64,000 nt of DNA, from NCBI GenBank assembly GCA_964016885.1, contig OZ024746.1, positions 9,672,001-9,736,000 of the forward strand, in the 5' to 3' direction. The position numbers and the translations under genes were made by a program. Origin of the DNA: Eledone cirrhosa (lineage: Eukaryota). The notes under the pieces are model-generated. The model searched no databases. It saw only the letters and a list, made by a program, of their open reading frames with translations, and was not told the origin of the DNA. Position 1 is the first letter of the stretch. Every line of letters begins with the position of its first letter. Shown here piece by piece: positions 14,275 through 27,153 of the stretch.

Positions 14275-16863
14275 CATCATCATCATCGTTTAACGTCCAT
14301 CTTCCACGCTTGCATGGGTTTGGACGGGAGTTTTCCCACTTGAGGCAAGATTGGTTGTCTTGCTCAGGACTGTTTGGCGGGTTTTCTACGGCTGGATGCC
14401 CTTCCTAACACCAACCACATTTACAGTGTGGGGCTGGGAGGTTTTTACCGTGTTACCTACACGGCTACATTACAGCGTGGACTGTGTGTTTTTTGTCGTG
14501 ACACCTACACGACCTCATTTGTTTCAGACTGGATGTTGTGGTACCAACATAACTTCACATTGAAGGGGGTGGTGTGGATGGGGTGGGGGTAGTGGGACAG
14601 GGGTGTATTTTTGTTAGAGGTGCCTACTGACTGTAGGTTTCGCTTTGTACTTAGGCAAGGCGGGTCTTCTGTATTACTGTGTAGCGCCAAAGATCTCGGT
14701 CCAGTGACATTGTCTTGGAGAGGTGTAAGTGTGTGAGGTCGAAATTTATCAACTCGTCCCCGGTTTTTCTGGGTCTGCCTACTCTGTGGCTACTGTCTAT
14801 TTTTATCGCCCTGCACTTTTTTATACAGCTGTCGTCTTTCATGCGCATCATGTGACCGTACCAACGTAGTCTTCTCTCGAGTAAACAACATCTGATCCCT
14901 CTTATTCCTAATTTCTCCCTGCGTATATCCTCTGCACACAATGCCCAGGTCTCACTGCCATGTAACATTGCTGTTCGTATGCAGGCATCATACAGCCTGC
15001 CTTTCATTTTTAGAGAGAACCCTTTAGCGGCCAATAGTGGTATAAGCTCTCTGAGCTTTTTCCATCCCGTTCTGACTCTAGCTACTGTACTTTCAGAGCA
15101 CCCTCCCCCACTGCTGATTTTGTCACCCAGGTAACGGAAGTGTTTCCACTATTTCTATAGAACCATCTGTGCAATGGAATGAGCTAGTATTCTGTGGGCA
15201 CTTGCTGCTACTTATTGCACCAGAGCACCGGCCACATATAAAATCTATGTTCTTAGTTAGCTTACCTGTGATCCCACTACATCTTTTATGCACCCATACT
15301 TTGCATTTGGGACATAAAATGGAGTTTCTGCCTACTCCTTTCCTACACACTGAGCATGACCATTTCCCAGATGGGACCAGTGCCCTATTTTCCTTCCTAC
15401 AAACTAGAACTTTAGTCTTAGACAAGTTAATTTTAAGGCCTTTTGATTCTAGGCCATGCTTCCATGTTTGGAATTTCTTCTCTAGTTCCGCCATTGATTC
15501 AGCTATCAGCGTTAGATCATCTGCGTATAGGAGTTCCCATGGGCAGCCGGTCTTGAACTTCTCTGCTATAGCCTGAAGGGCAATAATAAATAGTAGGAGG
15601 CTAAGAACGGAGCCCTGATGAACACCAACTTTTACGCTAAACTCTTCACTATATTCGTTGTTAATTCTAACCTTGCTGACTGTTTCTTTATACATGGCTT
15701 GTATAGCTCTCACAAGCCATTCATCAACACCTAGTTTTCTAAGAGCCCACCAGATAATGGAGCGGGGGACTCTGTCAAAGGCTTTCTCCAAGTCAACAAA
15801 AGCTAAGTATAGGGGTTTACTTTTACCTAGGTACTTCTCCTGTAGTTGTCGTACAATGAAAACAGCGTCTGTGGTACTTTTACCTGACACAAACCCGAAC
15901 TGCATTTCATCTAGATCAATTCGCTCTCTGAATAGTTGCGCTATTACTTTTTCTGTGACCTTCATGACCTGGTAGATTAATTTAATGCCTCTATAGTTAC
16001 CCCTATCTAGGGCATCTCCTTTACCCTTGTAGCAGTTAATGATGATGCTGCTGCTACGCCAGTCCTTCAGAACGACCCCATTCTGTATGACTTGGTTTAC
16101 TATCCGGGTGACCATAGTGTGTCCCACCGTCCCAGATGCTTTCAACATTTCAGCAACTATTTCCAAAGGCCCAGCGGCCTTACCCGTCTTCATGTCTTTG
16201 ATTGCCTTACTTATACTACCTTCAACTAGCACTGCTGGTCCCTCTATTGGATCAATGTGGGGGAGACTCGCTTTCTCCCCTTTATTCTCCTCATTTAGTA
16301 GCCGTTCCTAGTAACACTTCCAAGCTACCTTATTATCAGCGACAGTGATGGCAAGTACGCCATCATCATTAAGGACACACTTCTCCCCGACAATATCACG
16401 GTTTTCCTTGACACATTGCCTAGCAATCCTGAACACCTCACGTTTTTGGTCCTCGCGTTGTAGAACATGCTTGAACTTTCTTTCCTCTGCTTCCCTTCTT
16501 GCGAAGTACACTTGTCTCCTAGCTTCCCTCCTGACCACTTGATAGTCTTCTCTACTTCCCCCATCCCGCCATACTTTCCAAGTCTGCTTTTTGGCCTTAA
16601 TTGACTCTTCCACCTTATTGTTCCACCACCACGTTACTCTCCTCCTGCCTATAGTCCTGCTCCAGCCACAGACTTCATCTGCCGCCTTCAGCAAATTAGC
16701 TTTCAGGAATTCCCACTGTTCCTCTATATTGTACGATTCTAATTGCTCTTCCTTACTGTCAAAAGCATCACGTAATATGCTTTTAAATTTATTACTGATG
16801 TGGGGTCCTTTAGCTTCCATATTTTTCTACTGAGGATAGTCCTCCTCTGTTGTCGAGTATGTC
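14273..16863 (-). mobile_element. RTE-clade LINE copy A: 5'-truncated pseudogene (RT + PHD-like finger + about 370-bp 3'UTR, (GAT)n tail)
   Basis: FVDLEKAFDRVPR, GVHQGSVLS, LLYADDL, RYLG, GSETW, RRLRWYGH, GRPRKT; stops and frameshifts; 81-bp in-frame deletion at about 14919 relative to copy C. Confidence 0.95.
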
Positions 16864-16921
16864 GTGTCATATATAAATATATATATATAAATATATTTAT
16901 ATATAAATATATATATATATA

Positions 16922-17012
<91 letters not shown>

Positions 17013-17015
<3 letters not shown>

Positions 17016-17350
17016 TGCTATTTTTTTAGTAGTAATTGTAGACAGCAAGTCTTTGATTTTCCCGCTTTTACTTCGGTCCAGTTTACATACGGGTCAATTT
17101 TACGACCTTTCAGACCTTTATTAGCTGGCAGGAGGTTGTATATTTTGTCGTTCCTGGGACGTTTAGCCCTAGGAAGGGAAAATGCTTCTCTGATGAGCTT
17201 TGGTTTTCCATCATAAATCCATCGGATTTATGAGGTTTTACAAAGCGAAACTGATCAGTAAGGGCCACTAGGAGAGGTAAATATTTATATTATATTTTTT
17301 AATGTATTTTGAAAAATTGATTGAATTTTACTTGTTCTGCTTATCTTAAT
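17013..17350 (+). mobile_element. About 340-bp non-coding hammerhead-bearing insert between (TA)n tracts (retrozyme/PLE-like monomer)
   Basis: Bounded by TA microsatellites on both sides; contains the hammerhead at 17168-17272. Confidence 0.7.
17168..17272 (+). ncRNA. Type I hammerhead ribozyme
   Basis: ctgatga 17190-17196; stem II gctttg/caaagc with inner tcataaatcc/ggatttatga; gaaa 17247-17250; palindromic stem III actgatcagt; GTA cleavage at 17260/17261; stem I ttct/aggg extended by cctag/ctagg. Confidence 0.85.
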
Positions 17351-17385
17351 ATATATATATATATATATTTATTACTATATATTAT

Positions 17386-17441
<56 letters not shown>

Positions 17442-17491
17442 TAGCATGTAAAAATGGATGTTAAATGGTGATGAGGAAGTATGTATATATC

Positions 17492-17693
17492 AAGTTTAAT
17501 ATAGAAATGGTTTCTGCAGGACTTGAACTGCTTCATTCAAAAGAAATTATCAGAAAAGTTTTCCTGGTGATTTCTTTTGAATGAAAAAGTTCTAATCCTG
17601 TTGAAGCCATTTCTATATTAAACTTAATGTTTACACTCTAGTAATGTATTGGGTACCTTATTTACTGTGGTTACCCTTGATTGAACCTGAGAC
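17492..17693. mobile_element. Decayed inverted hammerhead repeat plus tail, same family as 54299-54494
   Basis: Arms 17492-17553 and 17563-17625 (ctggtgatttcttttgaatgaaa...); tail actctagtaatgtattgggtaccttatttactgtggttacc. Confidence 0.75.
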
Positions 17694-17697
17694 TCAG

Positions 17698-17802
<105 letters not shown>

Positions 17803-18037
17803 ATAAAAACACGTGAGTACATTAGAGTCAAACACACTCATCGCATTAGAGAAATGACAGTACAAGAGATAGCTCAATGTTATCAAACAGAGCCGAGAAA
17901 ATTATATAAATCAACAAAGAAGCCTTTAATACATTAAAAATCTTTATTCGCTGACAATATATATATATATATATGTCCCAAGGCTCTGATACCATCAACA
18001 CTATACACACAGAGCTGGCATATCTAAGAACTGACTA

Positions 18038-18093
18038 ACTCCCTGATGAGGTCATAGCCATTCAATGGCTATCATCGAAATATATATAGCAGT
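18038..18093 (+). ncRNA. Near-intact minimal type I hammerhead ribozyme
   Basis: ctgatga 18043-18049; stem II ggt(c)atagccat/atggctat(c)atc; gaaa 18077-18080; palindromic atatatat stem III; stem I actcc/gcagt with one mismatch; aataaa at 18095. Confidence 0.7.
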
Positions 18094-18134
18094 AAATAAA
18101 GGATTATGAGTTCATGCAATTGACTTATGATTCG

Positions 18135-18226
<92 letters not shown>

Positions 18227-18369
18227 CATCTCCAATAAAGAAAATATGAGTTTTATTGTGGTTTCTAACTTAATATTATTCAAGAACACATTGAATGAAA
18301 GGGTGCATTATGATGTTTTAATGTTTGGAAATAAAAATTGATTTAAATGGAATATGAAGTATTATTTTT

Positions 18370-18556
18370 GGTGGATTGGCAGCATCGGTAGAAGGTTGGA
18401 CGACATGCTTTGACGTATTGAGTTACGGTCCTTGCCATTCTGAGTTCAAATCCCGCCGAGGTTAACTTTGCCTTTCATCCTTACGGGGTCGATAAAATAA
18501 AGTTCCAGTAATGCACTGGTTAATTGCTGACCTTGTGCCAAAAGTAGAAACAATTA
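18370..18556 (+). mobile_element. Meta-domain-like SINE
   Basis: gtggattggcagcatcggtag...gagttcaaatcccgccgaggttaactttgcctttcatccttacggggtcgataaa...ccttgtgccaaaagtagaaacaattat. Confidence 0.85.
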
Positions 18557-18898
18557 TTTTTACTATCACCAAGCAGCATTAAAGACTGTTTAGAAAGATT
18601 ACTGTTGAGGTTATGTCTATATGTGTTTCTGACAATAATAATACAATGAGTGGTTATTTGAATGGATTGCTTAACCCACCTTTAATTAACATATTCACAG
18701 TTTGTGATGGCATAAAAATTTAAGATAACTTGTCAAAGTTTGGGGTTATTTCATTTATGTTATGTAGAGGAAAGTAGCTTATGAGGAATATTGTTTTTCT
18801 AATAGGTAAGCAAGGCAGGTAAATAATATTAATTCAAGACAAATAAATATATTTGAAAAAGTATATTAGCATGTGTTATTATTAACTTGCCTGAGGAC

Positions 18899-19118
18899 AG
18901 TGGATTGGCAGGATTAGTAGAGCATCAGACAACATGCTTTGTGGCATATAGTTATGTCTTACATCCCTTTATATTCTAAGTTCAAATCCTGCTGAGGTTA
19001 GCTTTGTCTTTCATCCTTACGGGGTTGATAAAATAAAGTACCAGTAATACACCGGGTCAATTTAATCGACTTCGCCTCCCATAAAATGTTGTTGGCTTTG
19101 TACCTCAGAAACCATTAT
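18899..19118 (+). mobile_element. Meta-domain-like SINE
   Basis: Same consensus as 18370-18556. Confidence 0.8.
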
Positions 19119-19249
19119 TAACTTGCCTGTAATAATTTAAAAGGCAACAAAAACATTTCACAACTTTCTCTCCCTACAAAAGATAAATGAACTATTCCCA
19201 TGTTGAGAACAAAGGAAGTTGAACCACAGATCCAATCACAGAATAGTAC

Positions 19250-19557
19250 TCTAAGCATGATGGTGATTGTGACATGTTTACAACACAGACAATGGTCAAG
19301 ATGTGTTTCTTCTAAGCATGATGGTGATTGTGACATGTTTACAACACAGACAATGGTCAAGATGTGTTTCTTCTAAGCATGATGGTGATTGTGATATGTT
19401 TACAACACAGACAATGGTCAAGATGTGTTTCTTCTAAGCATGATGGTGATTGTGATATGTTTACAACACAGACAATGGTCAAGATGTGTTTCTTCTAAGC
19501 ATGATGGTGATTGTGACATGTTTACAACACAGACAATGGTCAAGATGTGTTTCTTCT
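19250..19557. repeat. Minisatellite, 61-bp unit x5
   Basis: ctaagcatgatggtgattgtga(c/t)atgtttacaacacagacaatggtcaagatgtgtttctt at 19251, 19312, 19373, 19434, 19495. Confidence 0.95.
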
Positions 19558-20694
19558 CCTTCCTCTTAGGCACACACAAATTTACACAGGATGGCTAAAA
19601 TTGAAATATTTATTATTTATCACAAGTTAGTATTGCTGTGATAATGTTGTTTGAATGTTACAATATGGAAGAATTAACACAAAGAACTCTAAAGAACCGT
19701 GAACTTATTTGTGACATCTCAACTAAGTGTATAACCAGAAATGTATCTTTGCTATGTTTGAACATATTAAGATGTCTTGCAATTGTGATGAGTTATGTTA
19801 GGGTTATGGTCGCAGTGAGTAGTTGGAAAGAATTTATCTGTCATATTTTCTATTACTTTAACAAATCATATTTGACGAATGAGCTAAAGTGAATCTCTCT
19901 CATATCTTCAACATTTCTATAACATGACTGATGGAAGAATAATCTTGTGTTCTTATGCAGACTATGCGTTTTTGCTTTTACTTCATGATAAAGTAAGCGA
20001 GCATAAAGAAAGACAAAACTTCATGTCATGTTTATGTTATATTCTTAATGTTCACTGTCCATTTATTTACAGATATATTAACCCTTTGAACCCTAACCCT
20101 CTGGTATCTCTGCACAGTCCACAGTCCAAGGTATCTGCTAGAAAATCAATGAAAAATTGTATTTGATAATTAAATTTAAAGGGAACAAAATAAATGTATA
20201 AAGTGGAAAAACACCATAACATTGCCTTCCCAAGGAATTGGTTAAAATAATGATGTAAAACTATCACTGATAGGCAGAAAGCAGTAAAACTAATAGTAAA
20301 AAGAAATGCATAGCAGATGGAATACTGGACTGCCAGCATAGTGTCAAACAGCATTAGGACTTGAATACAGGAGTGGTGGGTTCAAAGTGTTATAGAAATT
20401 TCTAGATAATTACAGAAACACTCATTAATAAGAACAGAGTCAACAATTAATTTCTACAGTATCTAGTAATTAAATAGCTAAAATTGTATATTTACAAGTC
20501 AAGAGAGTCTCAACTATCTAGGTGTTCAATGGGCAGGTAAAAATGTTTTTCACTATGGATATTTGTTCATACTATATGCCTCTGAGAAATGCTGGTTAAT
20601 TCTTTCAAGACATTTTAGAATCTATCTCAGCTATCTTTATATTAAGTGACTGAAATTTGTCTCCAACACATGGCACTTCTTTTCTCCACTTGCT

Positions 20695-20860
20695 TTAACC
20701 CTTAAACATTTAAACCAGCTCTATCCGGTCAGAATTCTCTCACCATTTTCTGTTCAAACTAGCTGTAACCAGCCGCTCATTCTGATGTTAAGGTATTGTT
20801 CTCAAAATAAATAATATCAATTTCATATAGATTCAATGTTATGTGAGATAATAATATCAA
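20695..20860 (+). mobile_element. Partial TTAA-flanked piggyBac-like MITE; related pieces at 37982-38209, 45400-45573(-), 48455-48520(-)
   Basis: ttaacccttaaacatttaaacc...agaattctctc...tgatgttaaggtattgttctcaaaataa shared among copies. Confidence 0.7.
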
Positions 20861-21037
20861 CATTTTTCACAATGGCATTCACATGATTAGGACGGCACAA
20901 AAATGAGACACCAAACGTATGTAGAGTACATCACTCTCAACAAAAATTCCTTAATCACCTTATTTTTCCCTTTGCTATCTCCAAGAGTGTTGTAACTAGT
21001 TTTTTTAATCTGACTGATTAAATGACAAGTCAGTCAA

Positions 21038-21300
21038 TCATATTGGTGGCCTCCCCACAGCCCCGGCGGACAGAATAGAGAAGGCGTTTCCCCGGAGAAC
21101 AGCAAGGGAGATGTGCTGGAAAAGCCATTCCAACTCGAGGGGCTCACACCTGTGGCTGGCCAGCTCAGCACCTATGGTGGTGAGTAGGGTGGTAGCCCTA
21201 GGGCTGAGGACACCAGAAGTCTCCACTTTCAAGGGTACAACTGCAAACTTGTTGGAGAGCGACCAGTACTTGAAGAACTTGGCCTCCTCAGCCTGACATG
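21038..21300 (-). mobile_element. C-terminal fragment of a CRE-like (restriction-like endonuclease) non-LTR element
   Basis: AEEAKFFKY...VPLKVETSGVLSP...EWLFQHISLAVLRGNAFSIL resembles the CRE-clade C-terminus. Confidence 0.65.
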
Positions 21301-23510
21301 CAGTGAGGTAAAGACTTACTTTACTGTGAAAATATAATTGTATGTAAAGAGTAATGTAAATGCTAAAGAACTAAAACAATGCACTATACTTGAGGTCATG
21401 TTATACTGTGTGTGGATATAGAGGATGTCTGTGACTGTCAGTTCACACTTTATACAGTAATCAAAAATCTTTTCCTTTTTGAGAATTTCACCTTGCCATA
21501 AACACTATTGAAGTAATTGAGCTTCAGTGTTACTGTTATCACAAATCAAACCATACTGTCTTAAAAGGAAGACACATTTAATAACATCCTAAATACATAT
21601 TATCTGAACGAAAACACAAGATGGTTGTAGCTAGAATGATTTTGATCATAGTTCTGTTCATTCAGGGTAGTGCTGGGCGAAAGCAACAAGAATTAAGTGA
21701 GAACTTGTTATTGACATAATGCCTGTGATGTCTGTTGTAGAACACTATGCTACCTATGCATTCATTATGGCCAAATGTTTAAAAATTTTGATTCATAATC
21801 CCAAAGTCCTATGTTTAATTCAATTGCATCACATCTTAAGTATCAGGTTGACTTACGTCTTGTGAGTGAAACTGGGTAAATAAATATTATGCAGAAGTCT
21901 TTAAGATGGATTATACATGCAATTCAAAGTCCCAGCTTTGTCACACACTGGATCATACTGATTTAAGGGTGCACGTACATGTGAAATACTCAGCAACGTT
22001 TAACATAAATTTAGTAAGAAAGAAGTTCAGTTCATACTCATCGTCACAACCGATGGAGATCCATTTACTTTTATTTATACCATAGCAACTATTTACAACT
22101 TATCCAGTTATGCCATTAAGAATTAGTTGTCTCTACCACATTCCCAGTGCAACAGCAATCAATAACAGTAACGGGATATGAACAATGAACAATCTAGTGA
22201 TGCCAGGATTTTGTGGTTAAGAAATTTATTTCATAATTACATGGTTTCAAGTTCACTACACAGAATCATGGGCAAATGATTTCTGTTTGTGGGTGAAATT
22301 TGATAGATGGAAACTGTAGAAGATCATCTGTGAAACTGTTTCTTTTTCTTGAAGGAAGGTGGAGATTTAATTCTTCACTATGTTTAACACACCACATAAT
22401 TCTTGAGTGCCTTTCATGGAGGCTACTCTCTTGCAAGCATTTTGGCCAGGTTTACAGTCAGAGGTTACTTTTCTCCCTCCAATCTCACAGAGACCCAGAA
22501 GAGGCTGATAGGTACTACCCTCCTCTCTTTGACTAACCCTTCAAAACATAAATAACTAAAGCTAGTTGAAAATTCAGCCATCTGCAAACTTAGAAGTTCA
22601 ACATTATAGACAAATAATTCTAACAGTCATTTCTTTTTAACTGTCTCAAGTTTTAAGTTTGTAGTTACTACATTATGGAACTATACTGAGCACACTTTCT
22701 CAAGATGATATGATTAGATATATCTCACTAATATAAAGATGATTGAAGTGTAATATCATAGAATCAGTTTTATAGGAAACAGATACTAAGCTTTATGAGA
22801 TTATTTTATACATTTTTTTAACGTAAATAAATGCTTTGCTATTTAACTAACTCGATATCATGCCATAGAAAGTACACAACTACACTTGCTTTAGTCATTA
22901 TTTTCAAAGTGGTGGGTATATTCCTAAAAGCTATTTTATTTCCTTAGTTTTCAGCTTTTATGAGAATTTGGTTTCTTATTGAAATAAGACCAAAAACAAA
23001 AAAATAAGTTGTTGTTATTGCTTTGCTGAGTTTTGGTACTTTCCGATATAACTAAGTTTAGTGATATTAGTGCTTTGACTTAATAGCATCACTAGTAAGT
23101 AGAATACCTGATTGCCAATCAGAGTACTCCAACAGTTTCAAATCTGAGAATTACTACTTAGTAGTTGCATACTCATTAATCATACAATAGTGTTGGGATA
23201 TTTTCTGTGATTAATGAGTAGTAAGAATAATATGAAAACAAGCAGTTTAATGATAAGTCTATTCTGCAATTCTTTAAAATGTCTATTACTTTCATCATAG
23301 TAAAAGAAAGTAAAATATACTAAATTTGTTCATGACCCAGCATTATGATATAAATAACTAACTGACTGTATCATTTATGTATGAATTACACTGTCTCAAT
23401 CTTTATAACAAAGATGTATCATTAGGACCAAGGGAAATATAAATTAGGAAATGGTAATGGGCATAGGTTGTCATGGTTTGAGACTAGATGGGTCAGAGAA
23501 ACCAGATCAT

Positions 23511-23543
<33 letters not shown>

Positions 23544-23545
<2 letters not shown>

Positions 23546-26500
23546 CATCATCATCATCATCATCAACGTTTAACGTCCGTGTTCCACGCTTGCATGGGTT
23601 TGGACGGGGGTAGTCCCACTTGAGGCAAGAGTGATTGTCTTGCTCGCATAGGACTGTCTGGCAGGTTTTCTACAGTTGGATGCCCTTCCTAACACCAACC
23701 ACATTTACAGTGTGGGTCTGGGAGGTTTTTACCGTGTTGCCTACACGGCCACATTACAGCGTGGACTGTGTGTTTTTTTGTCGTGACACCTACACGATCT
23801 CATTTGTTTCGGCCTCGATGGCGCGGCACCAACATAACTTTACATAGAACGGGGTGGTGTGGATGGGGTGGGGGTGGTGGTGGTGGGACGGGGTGTATTT
23901 TGTTAGAGATGCCTACTGGCTGGAGTAGGTTTTACTATATATTTAGGTAAGGCGGGTCTTCTCTGTTACTGAGTACCGCCAAAGGTCTCGGTCCAGTGAC
24001 ATTGTCTTGGAGAGGTGTAAGTGTGTGATGTCGGAGTTTATCAGCTCGTCCCAGGTTTTTCTAGGTCTGCCTATTCCGTGACTACCGTCTATCTTTATTG
24101 CCCTGCACTTTGTTATACAGCTATCGACTTTCATGCGCATCACGTGTCCATACCAACGTAGCCTTCTCTCGAGTAAACAACATCTGATCCCTCTTATCTC
24201 TAATTTTTTCCTTAGTTCGTTTATGCTTTGCCGTTCACGTATATTACTGTTACACATCCAGCGGAGCATGCAAGCTTCGTTCCTCTCTAGTCTGCATATA
24301 TCCTCTGCACACAATGCCCAGGTCTCACTGCCATGCAGCATTGCTGTTCGTATGCAGGCATCGTACAACCTGCCTTTCATTTTTAGTGAGAACCCTTTAG
24401 CAGCTAATAGTGGTATAAGCTCTCTGAACTTTTTCCAACCAGTTCTGACTCTAGCTACAGTACTTTCAGAGCACCCTCCCCCACTGCTGATTTTATCGCC
24501 CAGGTAACGGAAGCTGTCCACTATTTCTATAGAACCCTCTGCGCAATTGAAAGAGCTAGTATTTTGTGGGCACTTGCTGCTACTTATTGCACCAGAGCAC
24601 CGGCCACATGTAAAATCTATGTTCTTAGTTAGCTTACCTGTGATCCCACTACATCTTTTATGCACCCATACTTTGCATTTAGGACATAAAATGGAGTTTC
24701 TACCTACGCCTTTCCTACACACCGAGCACGACCATTTCCCAGAAGGGACCGCCGCCTTGTTTTCTTTCCTACAAACTAGTACTTTGGTCTTAGCCAGGTT
24801 AATTTTAAGTCCTTTTGACTCTAGGCCGTGCTTCCATGTTTGGAATTTCTTCTCTAGCTCGGCCATTGATTCCGCTATGAGTGTCAGGTCGTCTGCGTAT
24901 AGGAGTTCCCATGGGCAGCCTGTCTTGAACACCAACTTTTACGCTAAACTCTTCACTATATTCGTTGTTAATTCTAACCTTGCTGACTGTTTCTTTATAC
25001 ATGGCTTGTATAGCCCTCACAAGCCATTCGTCAACGCCTAGTTTTCTAAGAGCCCACCAGATAATGGAGCGGGGGACTCTGTCGAAGGCTTTCTCCAAGT
25101 CGACAAAAGCTAAGTAGAGGGGTTTACCTTTAGCTAGGTACTTCTCCTGTAGTTGTCATACTATGAAAAGAGCGTCTGTGGTACTTTTGCCTGACACAAA
25201 CCCGAACTGCATTTCATCTAGGTCAATTCTCTCTCTGATTAGTTGCGCTATTACTTTTTCGGTGACCTTCATGACCTGGTCGATTAATTTAATGCCTCTA
25301 TAGTTACTCCTATCTAGGGCGTCTCCTTTACCCTTATAACAGTTAACGATGATGCTGCTATGCCAGTCCTTCGGAACAACCCCATTCTGTACGACTTGGT
25401 TAACTATGCGGGTGACCATGGTGTGTCCCACCGTGCCAGATGCCTTCAGCATCTCAGCAACTATTTCCGAAGGCCCAGCCGCCTTACCCGTCTTCATATC
25501 CTTGATTGCCTTACTTATTATACTCCCCTCGACTAACACTGCTGGTCCCTCTATTGGGTCGATATGGGGGAGACTGTCTTTCTCCCATTTATTCTCCTCA
25601 TTTAGTAGCCTTTCATAGTGACACTTCCAAGCTACCTTCTTATCAGCGTCGGTGATGGCAAGTGTGCCATCGTCGTTTAGTACACACTTCTCCCCGACAA
25701 TATCACGGTTTTCCTTGACGCATTGCCTAGCAATCCTGAACACCTCACGTTTTTGGTCATCGCGTTGTAGAACATGCTTGAACTTTCTTTCCTCAGCTTC
25801 CCTTCTTGCTAAGTACACTTGTCTCCTAGCTTCCCTCCTGGCCACTTGATAGTCCTCTCTACTTCCCCCATCCCGCCATACTTTCCAAGCCTGCTTTTTG
25901 GCCTTAATTGACTCCTCCACCTTACTGTTCCACCACCATGTTACTCTCCTCCTGCCTACAGGCCTGCTCCAGCCACAGACTTCGTCTGTCGCCAACAGCA
26001 GGTTTGCTTTCAGAAATTCCCACTCTCCCTCTATATTGTCCGACTCTAAATGTTCTTCCTTACTGTCGAAAGCATCAAGTAATATGCTTTGAAATTTATT
26101 CCTGGCTGTGGGGTCCTTTAGCTTCCATATTTTTCTCCTGAGGATAGTCCTCTTCTGCTGTCGAGTACGTCTCATCCTGACTATGAGGTCGCTAATTATC
26201 AGTCTATGTTGGGAGGTGCATTCTTCATGGGGGAGGGATTTAGTGTTTACAACAGACACTCTGTCACGTCTTCTGGTAAGGATATAATCTACCTGGCTTG
26301 TGTGTTCCCCGGATCTATAGGTGATCAGGTGATTGTCACGTTTTTTGAAGTTAGTGTTACAGATAGTTAGGTTATTTGCATCACAGAATTCCAGGAGTCT
26401 GGAGCCTTCCTCATTTCTAGTACCGAACCCATAGCCTCCATGGATTTCGTCGTAGCCGTCACAATGTTGTCCAACGTGACCATTTAGGTCGCCTGCGATA

Positions 26501-27033
26501 ATTATATAGTCACTGTCGGATATTTGGGAGGTAGTTAGCATCAGTGTCTCATAGAATCTGTCTTTTATAGTGCCGGGCAGTCCAGATTGGGGTGCGTACG
26601 CAGATATTACTGTCACCGTAGTTCTATTGAGGACAAGTCGTATTTTAATTATTCTGTCATTCACTCTATTTACGTCTATTATCTTATCTGCCCACTTTTC
26701 TGCTACCATGATTCCTACTCCACCCAGCCCATCGTCGTTTCCCACCCAGAAAAGCTTATAACATCGTTTTTTACCCTCAATGAACCTAGCAGACCCACCC
26801 CTCCACCTGGTCTCTTGAATACAACAAACATCGACCTCCTTACGTTCAAGCATTTCTACAACCTCGTTAGCGCGACCCTTTAGGGTGCCTACATTTATGG
26901 TACCAACTCTGAAGTTTTGGATTGAGTTTGGGGGTTGGGGGCGGTGGGGGGCGGGGGGCGATGGGGTTATGTTAGCCGTCCGCGGTCGAAACAATGAGGA
27001 GTGCTCGCATTCTCGTCCAAGAGGTGAATTTGT

Positions 27034-27036
<3 letters not shown>
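23544..27036 (-). mobile_element. RTE-clade LINE copy B: near full length (APE endonuclease + RT + PHD-like finger), inactivated
   Basis: GTINVGTL, CIQETRW, SAYAPQ, GDLNGH, QVDYIL, TSQHRL (APE); RT motifs; stop at 25156; 65-bp deletion at about 24930; (GAT)n tail. Confidence 0.95.
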
Positions 27037-27091
<55 letters not shown>

Positions 27092-27095
27092 TTGT

Positions 27096-27153
<58 letters not shown>

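Noticed and set aside
15169-16833. Plus-strand ORFs opposite the LINEs (also at 24.1-26.9 kb and minus-strand ORFs at 56.4-58.4 kb)
   Set aside because: Antisense shadows of the RTE ORF
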